Source: a virus
Taxonomy: Duplodnaviria; Caudoviricetes
Direction: 5' to 3' (one strand)
Length of the DNA: 64,000 nucleotides
IMG/VR virus record: IMGVR_UViG_3300017722_005389
Position 1 is the stretch's first letter; every line of letters begins with the position of its first letter. The notes under the pieces are model-generated. The model was not told the origin of the DNA and ran no database searches. It saw only the letters and a list, made by a program, of their open reading frames with translations. Both the position numbers and the translations under genes were made by a program. Positions 29,248 to 39,120 of the stretch are shown piece after piece.

Positions 29248-30216
29248 ATGCTAACACTTTTTGAAACATATAAGTTAATTTTAGAATCTAAACTTCTTTC
29301 GGAAGAGGTAAATTACTTCAAAGATAAGACAAATGTACACGATTATGACAAAGTTTTCAACAAGCAAAACGATCAACTTCCAAAGGAATACAAAAACTGG
29401 GAAGCAGAAATCGATTATATGACAATGGAAGAATATTTTCAAGAATGTGCAGAATTTCAAAATTCAACATTTGAACAACAAATAAACCTTCTATGGCAAC
29501 CAAAAGTGGATAATATTGCAACAAAAATGAAAGAAGGAGTGAAATATGATATGCCTTATCTTGATTATGTTAACGATAGACAAGAAGGCAGACATCGTGT
29601 AGCAGCTGCAACAGAATTAGGTCAAAAAAAAATACCTGTGTTAATACTTTATAAATCCCAAAAAACAATCAGACAAGAATCAACAGATTTAATAAATATG
29701 TTAGGCAAATGGGATGACTTGGTAACAAAGCATGGAAGCTATTATTGCGTTTTTCAGGGAACCGATTGGGAAGCACGTATCGAATTACTCAGACATGCTG
29801 TAGAATATTTAGACGGCTATTATTTAGATCATCTACTCGATATCAAAATTGGAACTTATAATTATAAAAGCATAGAAGAATATTTAAAATACGAAAAAAA
29901 TTATGATTATGGATACATTAATCATCGTGGTAGATACAAAAATTTTAATGAATTCTTAAAAGCCTTTGCTATTATGAAAAATAATCAAGATATGATTGAT
30001 GATGTAGTTATAGTAGAAAGTGATAGGCTTCTTTTGAAAATTTTAGATGATATTAACACAGATTTTACATCCTATTCAAGCTGTAAAGAAATGTTGAAAG
30101 GTGTTCGTAATAAGAAATACTATGTAAAAGCATACTCGCTCCAAGATGAATACACAGATCCAGAAATGTATTCAAAATACACCAAAGAAGCCCGAAAACT
30201 GTTCAATGAAGCATAA
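29248..30216 (+). CDS. Leader-bearing protein with ParB/Srx-like domain
   Basis: MLTLFETYKLILE..LLSEE; P.LDY..QEGRHR.AAA..LG...IPV; TATTTATA at 29233. Confidence 0.6.
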   Translation: MLTLFETYKLILESKLLSEEVNYFKDKTNVHDYDKVFNKQNDQLPKEYKNWEAEIDYMTMEEYFQECAEFQNSTFEQQINLLWQPKVDNIATKMKEGVKYDMPYLDYVNDRQEGRHRVAAATELGQKKIPVLILYKSQKTIRQESTDLINMLGKWDDLVTKHGSYYCVFQGTDWEARIELLRHAVEYLDGYYLDHLLDIKIGTYNYKSIEEYLKYEKNYDYGYINHRGRYKNFNEFLKAFAIMKNNQDMIDDVVIVESDRLLLKILDDINTDFTSYSSCKEMLKGVRNKKYYVKAYSLQDEYTDPEMYSKYTKEARKLFNEA

Positions 30217-30268
30217 AATGAAACTAATCCCCCAAAGGAAGCTATCGTTTCATTTTTAATAAATTATA

Positions 30269-30853
30269 ATGAGAAAGAAAAAAGTAATAGAAAACAAAGA
30301 AGCATTGAAAGCAATGTTTTATTCTGATGATACTACACAGGAACTTGCGGTGATTCTTTTGAAGCAGTATACTGATAAGGAGACTTACAGTTTTCTTAAG
30401 GAGATGTTATCTGAGGTTTCTATGGAAAAACCTGTAAGTTGGATCTGGTTAGGAATGATGTATGAATTTCCAAACAGGTTCAAGGTGAGGTTCAATTTAA
30501 GTAAAGGAAAGAACTACAAGAAGTGGAAGATTGAAGAGTTGGATGGAACTGTTGAATATGTTGACCCAAAGAAATATGCTTTTTTTCTTTCGGGTTGCAA
30601 GGTCAGAAATCAAAAGAAAACTGCTGAAAGAATTTATTCGGGTGAACCAAAATCTGTATGTGCCTGGATTGAAGCCACTGGAATGTATAAAATTGAAATT
30701 TCAGATAATCCATATTTTTCTCTAGAAAACACAAAGGAGATCCATTATAATCCCAAAAAGACACCTCATTGGGTTTTGGATGATAAAAATGTAGATGGTG
30801 AGTATTTCAGCAATTTGGTATTACATCAAGAGAAAGTTTATAAACTTCTTTAG
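30269..30853 (+). CDS. Conserved phage hypothetical protein
   Basis: RNQ...A.RI..G..K.VCAWI, YNP.K.P.W. Confidence 0.6.
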   Translation: MRKKKVIENKEALKAMFYSDDTTQELAVILLKQYTDKETYSFLKEMLSEVSMEKPVSWIWLGMMYEFPNRFKVRFNLSKGKNYKKWKIEELDGTVEYVDPKKYAFFLSGCKVRNQKKTAERIYSGEPKSVCAWIEATGMYKIEISDNPYFSLENTKEIHYNPKKTPHWVLDDKNVDGEYFSNLVLHQEKVYKLL

Positions 30854-30971
30854 AAGGGATAAATAAAAATACTGCCATACAAAACTAATAAATGTTAATT
30901 CATTTGAAATTTATAAGACTTCTAAAGAAATTTAGAGGTCTTTTTCATTTGATAATATTTATTATAAAAAC

Positions 30972-32162
30972 ATGAAAAAGTATTTACTAGTATTATTAAT
31001 CATTACATCAAACATTCTTTATTCTCAAAGTACCTGTGACAGTTTATTAGTCTATGATAGAGTTGAAAACTGGACTTGGTTTGGATTATGGAATAATATA
31101 ACCCTTCCAAATCCTACAGGATATTACACAAACGTATTCGTATCTTCAAACGCAAGTGCTGCTATAATTGGAACAGGAACTGGTACTTCTTTAATTGAAC
31201 AGGGTACATATGTATTGCCAAATGTTGTAGTAAATCCTAGTTTTGAACATCGCTTTAGATTCAGATTAGGCTCTTACAGAATCACATCTACAGGTGCTGC
31301 AAGTGGTGTAGATGGTCCAGACAATGTAGAAGTTAGACTAAGCACTAATAACGGTACATCTTATATCCCTGAAATGAGAATCACAGGATTTAGTAATGCC
31401 TATTGGAATTATAATACCAACGCAACAGCTTCAAAAATTGCAAATGGAACTCTGCAAACATTCAGCCCTATCGCAGGCGGAGATAGAACTAATACAGGTG
31501 ATGGTTATTCAATAGTAGAATTAAGAATTCCTGCAGGAACATCTAATATTGCAATCAATCTATTATGCAGAGTCAATGCAACAGGTGAAGAATGGTGGAT
31601 CGATGATATGGAACTATTTCAAATTGTAGATTGCTTGTTCCCCTTAGAACTTATAGATTTCTATGGAAAAGAATACAATAATACTGTCGAACTTTTCTGG
31701 GAAACTGCAAATGAAGTAAATACAGATTATTTTGTAATTGAAAAATCTTATGACGCTATAGAATGGGAACAAATCGGAACCACACCAGCTGCTGGAAATT
31801 ATCAATATAACTTAGCTTATAATTTTACTGATGAATCCCCTAAAAATGGTAATAACTACTATAGATTAAAACAGTATGATGCCGATGGAAGCTATGAAAC
31901 TTATCATATCATCAATGTAAATGTCAAAAATTCTGATAATCCAATTATTCATCACTCAAATGGAATACTATCCCTAAATGGAATTCAAAGCTATCATAAA
32001 TACAAACTTATCAGTACTAACGGTATTGTTATCTCAGAACAAAATATTAATGCTAACAATCTCTCCTTAGAAACTAATTATATTCCAAATGGGTTGTATA
32101 TTTTACTTCTGATGAAATCTGATAGTTCTTTTGAAACATACAAACTTTATATCAAAAATTAG
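30972..32162 (+). CDS. Secreted protein with T9SS type-A-like C-terminal sorting region
   Basis: Signal peptide; PLEL..F.G, L.W.TA.E.N..YF.IEKS.D...W..IG, YYRLKQ.D.DG; terminal LPNG(I)YIL..K..IK. Confidence 0.75.
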   Translation: MKKYLLVLLIITSNILYSQSTCDSLLVYDRVENWTWFGLWNNITLPNPTGYYTNVFVSSNASAAIIGTGTGTSLIEQGTYVLPNVVVNPSFEHRFRFRLGSYRITSTGAASGVDGPDNVEVRLSTNNGTSYIPEMRITGFSNAYWNYNTNATASKIANGTLQTFSPIAGGDRTNTGDGYSIVELRIPAGTSNIAINLLCRVNATGEEWWIDDMELFQIVDCLFPLELIDFYGKEYNNTVELFWETANEVNTDYFVIEKSYDAIEWEQIGTTPAAGNYQYNLAYNFTDESPKNGNNYYRLKQYDADGSYETYHIINVNVKNSDNPIIHHSNGILSLNGIQSYHKYKLISTNGIVISEQNINANNLSLETNYIPNGLYILLLMKSDSSFETYKLYIKN

Positions 32163-32176
32163 ATATTTATATAAAG

Positions 32177-33325
32177 ATGAAAAAAATAATCCTCACAGAA
32201 AATCAATATAGGCTTCTTTTGAAAGAAGCATCAGGAGTTCCAAACAATATTATAAATGTTGCTTCACAAATATATAATCAATTAATTAAAGATTTAAAAA
32301 ATGATGAACAATTGATCTATGATTTTAATAATACTAAATTTAAAATAAATAGAAATTTTGAAATAGGCGATGTTACTTTCAAAGACAGTTATATCAATTT
32401 AATTTTAAGTGTAGGTGGTGATGAAATAACCCCATATCAATTTGGAACAAATCCAAAAGATTATCAATATTTTACTAATGATTTGAAACTTAAACCAAAA
32501 AATGAAACCCTACCAATTATTGTTGATGTTGGTTTTATGGTTAGTACCGATACTACTGTAAAAGATTTCAAAAATCATTTGATATCCAATGAAACTGAAT
32601 ATGTATCAACCATAGCACATGAAATAAAACACGCATATGATTTAATTAAAAATCCTAAGCCTAATATAGATTCTATGGCTAACTATTTAGCAAATACAAG
32701 TATGTCAGCCTATGAGTTTGAAGAATTTTTTTATAACTTATATTATATAGAAAATGTTGAAAATTTGGTAAGACCCACAGAAATTATTACTCAAATTGAA
32801 AAACTTGGAATAACTAAAAAAGATTTTTTATCATTCATAACCTCAAATAAAGTGGTGACTCAATTAAAAGAAATACAATCATTTAGTTTTGATGACTTAT
32901 ATAATTCAATCTTAAAAGAAAGGTTGGAAAAAAATAAAAATAGAAGAGAATTAAATCACTACACTCTTGAATACACACCATTACCACCAAAAGAAGAATC
33001 TGAAATTGTTCAAGAATTAAATAATACCTTAGATAGAATATTCCAAATCCATAAAAGAAATAGAGTAGAAGGTTTCATAAATATTCTTGAAGAAATATTT
33101 GATACAAAAGAAATACCCGAAGAAATTAAGAAAAATGCAATAGAAAAATTTGAAAAGGATACCAATAAATTATTTGGTGGGAATTCAGCTAATTTTTATA
33201 GAGAAGCAGAAAAATTAATGAAAACTAAATCTACTGAAGTTTTACGAAAGATTTATGGATTATATGCTTTAACTAAAGACAATCCAGATAATGTAAAAAA
33301 TACCCAAAACATATTCAAAAGGTAA
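32177..33325 (+). CDS. Leader-bearing zincin metallopeptidase-like protein
   Basis: MKKIILTENQYRLLLKE; TIAHEIKHAYD; TATTTATA at 32164. Confidence 0.65.
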   Translation: MKKIILTENQYRLLLKEASGVPNNIINVASQIYNQLIKDLKNDEQLIYDFNNTKFKINRNFEIGDVTFKDSYINLILSVGGDEITPYQFGTNPKDYQYFTNDLKLKPKNETLPIIVDVGFMVSTDTTVKDFKNHLISNETEYVSTIAHEIKHAYDLIKNPKPNIDSMANYLANTSMSAYEFEEFFYNLYYIENVENLVRPTEIITQIEKLGITKKDFLSFITSNKVVTQLKEIQSFSFDDLYNSILKERLEKNKNRRELNHYTLEYTPLPPKEESEIVQELNNTLDRIFQIHKRNRVEGFINILEEIFDTKEIPEEIKKNAIEKFEKDTNKLFGGNSANFYREAEKLMKTKSTEVLRKIYGLYALTKDNPDNVKNTQNIFKR

Positions 33326-33336
33326 TTGAATAACAA

Positions 33337-33909
33337 ATGAAAAAAATAATCCTCACAGAGAATCAATATAGACTTCTTTTGAAAGAAAATGAAAAATCTC
33401 TTGAAAAATTTTATCAAGAAAATAATATCGATGAAGATGATCTTTCATATTTAGGTAAAGGTGATTTTGGTAAAGCTTATTCAATAGGAAATAGAAGAGT
33501 TCTAAAGATAACTTCCTCAAAAAATGAATTTGAAATTGCAAAAGAACTTAAAAATAATAATTCACCTGTATTTGATTCATTTGCAAAAATCTATAAGACT
33601 GAAATAATTGGTAGAGATATGTATATTATTTTAGAAGAATTAGATACAGATTCAAGTATACAAGATTTATATTATGAACTGCAAAATCTTTTAGATGAAC
33701 AAGGTCTTCCAATTCAATATCTTAGTTATTTAGATACAGATGAATTGAATATATCTAAAAAATTACAAAGTTTCATGGATGATATGGAAGATATCATAAG
33801 AGCTTATAGAACTTTAGGCATAGAAGCTTCTGATATAAGACCTGAGAATTTAGGTTATTCGGAAAACTTAAAATTGAAAGCATTTGATATAGATAATAAA
33901 CAAAGATGA
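33337..33909 (+). CDS. Leader-bearing Ser/Thr protein-kinase-like protein
   Basis: LGKGDFGKAY, VLKIT, alphaC Glu, DIRPEN, FD. Confidence 0.75.
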   Translation: MKKIILTENQYRLLLKENEKSLEKFYQENNIDEDDLSYLGKGDFGKAYSIGNRRVLKITSSKNEFEIAKELKNNNSPVFDSFAKIYKTEIIGRDMYIILEELDTDSSIQDLYYELQNLLDEQGLPIQYLSYLDTDELNISKKLQSFMDDMEDIIRAYRTLGIEASDIRPENLGYSENLKLKAFDIDNKQR

Positions 33910-34646
33910 AAAAAATAATCCTCACAGAAAATCAATATAGACTCCTTTTGAAAGAAGCAAAGGAAAATGTAATATACATTCCATATGACGATGATGACTA
34001 TGATGAACAAGAATCAAGCATAGATGAATACCAAGCTGCAGATGATGCCCTCAAAATTGCAAAAGAAACAGGTGTCAATATCCTAAGAGATAAAAATATC
34101 AAAGGAATACTTTATGATACTAATGAAAAAATTGTAGTAGGAGCACTATGGACTTCAGATGACTCAGATACATTCTCCTTCGATATAGCCATAACCCCAT
34201 CATACCAAAATCAAGGACTCTCATCTGAACTTATAAGTAATGCTATAGATGAATATAATAACCAAAAAAGTATGTATGATGAGATGGGAGAACCTTTCGG
34301 TATGGAAGTAGATGTTATAAATCCAAAGTTGGCGCAAATATTAACAAAACACTACGGATTTAAAACTATCAAAAATGTAAACGACACAAGAGTCTTAATG
34401 ACTATTAACGATCAAAAAGATGAAACCGTCAAGTGTAGTAACTGTGGTTGGGAATGGAAATTAAAAGATGGTGGCAAAAAACCATATTTATGTCATAAGT
34501 GTGGTCATGATAACTCAAAGGCAGAATTAACTGAAAGATGTTGGAAAGGTTACACTCAAAAAGGAATGAAAACAATGTTCGGAAAAAAATACCCTAATTG
34601 TGTTAAAAAAATAAATGATACAAGAACCCTAATAAACATCAAATGA
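33906..34646 (+). CDS. Leader-bearing GNAT acetyltransferase with Zn-ribbon and CWKGY module
   Basis: FDIAI.P.YQNQGL...L; CSNC..CHKC; LTE-RCWKGY..KG.K.MFGK.YPNCVK. Confidence 0.7.
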   Translation: MKKIILTENQYRLLLKEAKENVIYIPYDDDDYDEQESSIDEYQAADDALKIAKETGVNILRDKNIKGILYDTNEKIVVGALWTSDDSDTFSFDIAITPSYQNQGLSSELISNAIDEYNNQKSMYDEMGEPFGMEVDVINPKLAQILTKHYGFKTIKNVNDTRVLMTINDQKDETVKCSNCGWEWKLKDGGKKPYLCHKCGHDNSKAELTERCWKGYTQKGMKTMFGKKYPNCVKKINDTRTLINIK

Positions 34647-35107
34647 AAAAAATAATCCTCACAGAAAATCAATATAACTTCCTTTTGAAAGAAAATAGAT
34701 CTGAATTATACTCCTATTTAGAATCTGTTAAAGATAATATTGCTAAAGCAGCTCAAAAAGTTTATGATAATTGGGAACAAGATGAAGAAGGTTATGATGA
34801 AGTTTATGGAGGCGGAGGTATCTGCGATGATATAGCTGACGCAATGTGCAATGTAATACAAGGATATGATTGCTTTCATTTATATAATGAACATGATTGC
34901 CATACTTCTATCTATGTTTACGATACTGAAAATAAGGAAATTTATAATGTAGACATCCCTCCGTATAAATATGAAAAAGGATATGGATATACCTGGGAAA
35001 AAATACAAGATGTAGAATTATCAAATAAAGATGTTCAAATAAATGATTTAACTTACGATGAATATATTGATGAAGACGGAGAACCTCTTGAATATCTTTT
35101 TAATTAA
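34643..35107 (+). CDS. Leader-bearing acidic protein, possible Cys-His hydrolase
   Basis: MKKIILTENQYNFLLKE; GGGICDDIA..H. Confidence 0.55.
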   Translation: MKKIILTENQYNFLLKENRSELYSYLESVKDNIAKAAQKVYDNWEQDEEGYDEVYGGGGICDDIADAMCNVIQGYDCFHLYNEHDCHTSIYVYDTENKEIYNVDIPPYKYEKGYGYTWEKIQDVELSNKDVQINDLTYDEYIDEDGEPLEYLFN

Positions 35108-35131
35108 TACACTATCTCGTAATCCTAATGA

Positions 35132-35196
35132 TGAAATATTTGACTTCTAATGAAGTTTATATACTTTCTAATGAAATGTATAAGGTTTCTAATGAA
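35132..35196 (+). repeat. Three TTCTAATGAA units at 21-bp period; first 23 bp repeated at 35920-35942
   Basis: Units at 35145, 35166, 35187; TGAAATATTTGACTTCTAATGAA flanks the 35231 gene. Confidence 0.75.
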
Positions 35197-35230
35197 GTAC
35201 GCTTAAAATGCCTAAAGAATGAGAAATAGA

Positions 35231-35938
35231 ATGAAAAAAATAATCCTCACTGAAAATCAATACGAAAAATTAAAACATGATGCATCCTATTACGATGAAT
35301 CTAATACACGCATCCCTAAAGAAATAGAATTTAATAAGTTAGGCGTAGATGACGAACTTACTATATACTTCAAAGATAATGTTGATAAAGACACCATAAC
35401 CGAATTTCTTAAAGAATTTAACTCCGCAAGAAAAAAAATAGAAAATAGATTCAAACTCAAACTCGGTAGACAATATAAGGATCCAGATGCTCAATATAAT
35501 ATATTCTTTGGAAAAAATATTGTCTTCGATGATACATATAATGGATACAGCTCCGCAGAATACATAAGAGGCTATGCACAACATTCTCCCACAGACAGCT
35601 TCTACTTCAACCTACCTAAAGTCAAAGAACTTTACGATATGGCAAAAAAAGACTGGATACCAAACCCAAACTATAAAGCAAATAAATCAAGAAGCTATAA
35701 TATTAATAAAATAGAAGACATCATTATACACGAAATAGCACACGCCCTCTATTTCCAACAACCAACCTCCAAAAGAAAACAATGGGAAGAATACTTCAAT
35801 CAAGAAGGTTGGCAAAACGCCACATCATTTTATGGGCAAGAAAATGATCAAGAAATGTTTGCTGAAACCATTGTTGACCTCATTAATGGAGAATCTAATC
35901 AAGCAGTATCTGACCTTGTTGAAATATTTGACTTCTAA
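35231..35938 (+). CDS. Leader-bearing zincin metallopeptidase (MPTase-like)
   Basis: MKKIILTENQYEKL; IIIHEIAHAL, S.YG..N..E.FAE. Confidence 0.7.
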   Translation: MKKIILTENQYEKLKHDASYYDESNTRIPKEIEFNKLGVDDELTIYFKDNVDKDTITEFLKEFNSARKKIENRFKLKLGRQYKDPDAQYNIFFGKNIVFDDTYNGYSSAEYIRGYAQHSPTDSFYFNLPKVKELYDMAKKDWIPNPNYKANKSRSYNINKIEDIIIHEIAHALYFQQPTSKRKQWEEYFNQEGWQNATSFYGQENDQEMFAETIVDLINGESNQAVSDLVEIFDF

Positions 35939-36002
35939 TGAAATCTATGAGGATATTTAAAATAGAATATAATAAATAAAAAATAAAATAAAAAAAACAA
36001 TT

Positions 36003-36638
36003 ATGAAAAAAGTAGTCAAATTAAATGAATCAGATCTTACTAAATTGGTAAGAAAAATTATTAAAGAAAATCTTATCAATGAAGGGATAAGAGCTTACCG
36101 TGATTTTACAGAATTAGTTCGTATGGGAGGATTTAGTTCATCAGAATATTATATAACAATCGACACAGAACCCTTCGTATTAAAATTTACATCTACAAAA
36201 AACCCAAGTGGTATATTTTATATGGGTGATAATGATTGTGCAGGATCAGCTAAAGTTGTTGACTATGCAGTAAATTTATTTTACTCTGAAGCAAATAAAG
36301 AATTACCTTCGGATCAATTACAACCATTTGCCAAAAACATTGTAAAAACAGTTGATCAATATGCAAAAAGAAATTCTTTAATTCAATTTAAAGACTTATA
36401 TAATAATATAAAAGCCATAAATAATCCAAAGGTAATCTATAAAGTTTCATTTTTTGAAAATAATCCTTCCTCATTATCAAATATGATGTCTATGGGAAAT
36501 TTTAAAGATGTGCTTTCAAATGAACAACAACATTATCTGATAGAACATTACTTCAAAAATACTATGATGCAAGTAGTCGGAAATGGTAAAACTTATAAAG
36601 TATACTCACTATGCTATAAATCTCATTCTCTTGAATAG
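36003..36638 (+). CDS. Leader-bearing hypothetical protein
   Basis: MKKVVKLNESDLTKLVRKIIKENLINE. Confidence 0.7.
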   Translation: MKKVVKLNESDLTKLVRKIIKENLINEGIRAYRDFTELVRMGGFSSSEYYITIDTEPFVLKFTSTKNPSGIFYMGDNDCAGSAKVVDYAVNLFYSEANKELPSDQLQPFAKNIVKTVDQYAKRNSLIQFKDLYNNIKAINNPKVIYKVSFFENNPSSLSNMMSMGNFKDVLSNEQQHYLIEHYFKNTMMQVVGNGKTYKVYSLCYKSHSLE

Positions 36639-36707
36639 TACTCACTATGCTATAAATAAATTTTGGTAAATCTTAATCAGTAGATTCTATATCAAGTTGC
36701 AAAATAC

Positions 36708-36731
36708 AAAAGGGTTCAAAAGAACCCTTTT
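36708..36731. terminator. Bidirectional terminator at the +/- strand switch
   Basis: AAAAGGGTTC / GAACCCTTTT. Confidence 0.75.
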
Positions 36732-37477
36732 TTGCTTCCTTTAGGTATATTATTGGAATTTCTATATTTAACCAAAAAATCATGCAAAGCTTTTATCTTT
36801 TCATAAGGAGTACTGTTACGATAAGCATTTAAATCTGTTGTAGACAACTCACTATCTAAAAGAAACAATTTTTCCCAATCTTTGAACACTCCCATATATT
36901 CAGGATGCTCCTCTACAAAATATTCAAAGGCTGGATAATTTATATCCCCTCCAACAAATATTTCAGAAGGATTTATTTTCGCATAGTTTATTGAACCATC
37001 CGAATCTATAATATTCTTAGCCTCTTGATATGCTCTTTCAAGCTCTTCTTTAGTATGTAAATTTAAATACGCAAATTCTAAGAATCTACTCAAAGGCTTA
37101 GTCAAAACAGAATTACCTAAAGCAGGTTTAATCAATTCTTCAAAAGATTCTAATGTTTTCTGTGCATTTCTTTTTCTCGTTAAAAGAATTAAATCTTGCC
37201 TGGTCTTTGTTATTAATTTATCTAAATTTTTAATGAATTCATCACTCTGATTCTTTCTATACCATTCATCAAATCCCTCTGGATCATCCATGAATTCATC
37301 TTGCTTACTGTTCCAATCAAAATTACTTTGATAATAATGACCGTACTCGTTTTTTAATGTATCTAATACTTCTTTGGGGAATGCATTAAAATTAACATCA
37401 AAATTTACATCCTCTCTTAAAACTTTCTGCGCATTCAACACACGAAGCTGCTTAACTATGAACTCTCTTAATAACAT
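36716..37477 (-). CDS. Leader-bearing hypothetical protein
   Basis: MLLREFIVKQLR; motif at 37489-37496. Confidence 0.7.
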   Translation of the reverse strand: MLLREFIVKQLRVLNAQKVLREDVNFDVNFNAFPKEVLDTLKNEYGHYYQSNFDWNSKQDEFMDDPEGFDEWYRKNQSDEFIKNLDKLITKTRQDLILLTRKRNAQKTLESFEELIKPALGNSVLTKPLSRFLEFAYLNLHTKEELERAYQEAKNIIDSDGSINYAKINPSEIFVGGDINYPAFEYFVEEHPEYMGVFKDWEKLFLLDSELSTTDLNAYRNSTPYEKIKALHDFLVKYRNSNNIPKGSKKGFF

Positions 37478-37514
37478 ATGATTTTTTATATAAATATCTT
37501 AATTCTGTATTCTA

Positions 37515-38075
37515 TTACCCCCTTCCATAAAATGCTAATATTTTTTTTCGACCTAATTCAACATGTGCAGCCATTCTATGAGCACCATCACGAAATCTAC
37601 TATCAGTGTAAATTATTGGAGGCAACTCTTCACCACTTCTTATGATATCCATATATTCGTTAACCCTATCAAAATGCTCTAAATCTTCATAATCATCTGC
37701 TAATCTATATTTAGTAAAACTTTCAATTGTTGGAACATACATCAATTCATATTCACCTCTAAATTTACCTGTTGAATCATCCGCAAAATGCCCCATCCTT
37801 TCATATACTTCTGGCAAATCTTCAGCAGAAACAATTTCCCCTAATTTAACACCACCCCATTCAATTCTTTCATCTTCAGATATAGGCTCCACTTCAGGTT
37901 TTGGTGTCGATCTTAATAACGCTTCTAATTTAGGAATATTAGCAATTTCTTCAGGTGTGCCTTCACCGTAATATTTCAACCAGGCTAATTCAATAAATAA
38001 CTCATCGTACCCTTCATCATTAATTTCTTCATTCAATTGACGAAGCTGCTTAACTATGAACTCTCTTAACAACAT
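37515..38075 (-). CDS. Leader-bearing ParB/Srx-like protein
   Basis: MLLREFIVKQLRQLNEE; LPPII..DGAHR.AA...G. Confidence 0.65.
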   Translation of the reverse strand: MLLREFIVKQLRQLNEEINDEGYDELFIELAWLKYYGEGTPEEIANIPKLEALLRSTPKPEVEPISEDERIEWGGVKLGEIVSAEDLPEVYERMGHFADDSTGKFRGEYELMYVPTIESFTKYRLADDYEDLEHFDRVNEYMDIIRSGEELPPIIYTDSRFRDGAHRMAAHVELGRKKILAFYGRG

Positions 38076-38186
38076 ATGATTTTTATATAAATATTCTTTG
38101 GAGGAATAAAAAATTGTCTTGAGATAAGTTACATAAACATTGGTGTTACTTTATTTCATAAACCATTTAGACAAAAAAATCTTTCT

Positions 38187-39029
38187 TTATCCGTTAATAT
38201 ATCTATACAAATATGACACAAGCTTTGAACGCATCTTTATTGATAGTAATTCAAATCCGTTAAAATTATTCAATAAAAACTTGTAAGATGAATTGAAATC
38301 TTTAAGCTTTATTCTATTTCTTTTGACTTTACTTAACAACTCTGAAAAACTTGCCCAAACTTCAGAAGTTTGAGTGATATAGTCATTTCCATACCCATCA
38401 ACATAATCGATGCCTATTTTATTATTACTTCTATAATCATCAAACATGTGTCTTAATTCATGGGATAAATTATATATGTAAATGGGTATTAAATATTTTT
38501 GCACTATTTTTTTAACCTCTTCTTTTGTCAATTCACGATCATACTTCTTTTCTAATTTTCTAATACTGGCATATATTAAAGAATTTGTTTCTTGATGATT
38601 GTAATTAATTTTTATTGTGTTTGAATCAAATCCATATGCTAAATTACCATAGACATTAGAGGGCAATCTATTGGTAAAAATAACAATGCATTTTGTAATG
38701 TGTAAAAACTCTTCAAATTCATCATCAAACCCCTTTTCTGACCATTTGTTAAATATTGCATCACATTTTATTTTATAATCATCCTGTAAAATTTCTATAC
38801 CAGTACTATTTTCTAAATCATCCATGATATAATCAATTATTACACTCAAATCCAATTTAGATACTATTTCCTTAGATACTTCATATAAACTATTTTGACT
38901 GCTTAAAAATCCCTCATTAAGCATATTTTCACTATTTTTAACATTTTTTGAATACACCGAAATATCCTCAAATGAATTCTCATTCAAATATTCTATTATA
39001 GTTGCCTTTATAAACTCTCTTAACAACAT
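38187..39029 (-). CDS. Leader-bearing zincin HExxH protein
   Basis: Start re-called to MLLREFIKATIIEYLNE; LSHELRH..D, Y....EV.A. Confidence 0.65.
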   Translation of the reverse strand: MLLREFIKATIIEYLNENSFEDISVYSKNVKNSENMLNEGFLSSQNSLYEVSKEIVSKLDLSVIIDYIMDDLENSTGIEILQDDYKIKCDAIFNKWSEKGFDDEFEEFLHITKCIVIFTNRLPSNVYGNLAYGFDSNTIKINYNHQETNSLIYASIRKLEKKYDRELTKEEVKKIVQKYLIPIYIYNLSHELRHMFDDYRSNNKIGIDYVDGYGNDYITQTSEVWASFSELLSKVKRNRIKLKDFNSSYKFLLNNFNGFELLSIKMRSKLVSYLYRYING

Positions 39030-39061
39030 ATGATTTTTATATAAATATTCTTTGGAGGAAT

Positions 39062-39100
39062 AAAAAAAGCGCATGTACATTTTAGTTACATATGCGCTTT
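39062..39100 (-). terminator. Intrinsic terminator
   Basis: AAAGCGCAT / ATGCGCTTT with A-run on +. Confidence 0.7.
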
Positions 39101-39120
39101 GTGTTTATTTTTTAGGACAC

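Noticed and set aside
35132-35196. Mini CRISPR array
   Set aside because: Repeat is only 10 bp with 11-bp spacers.
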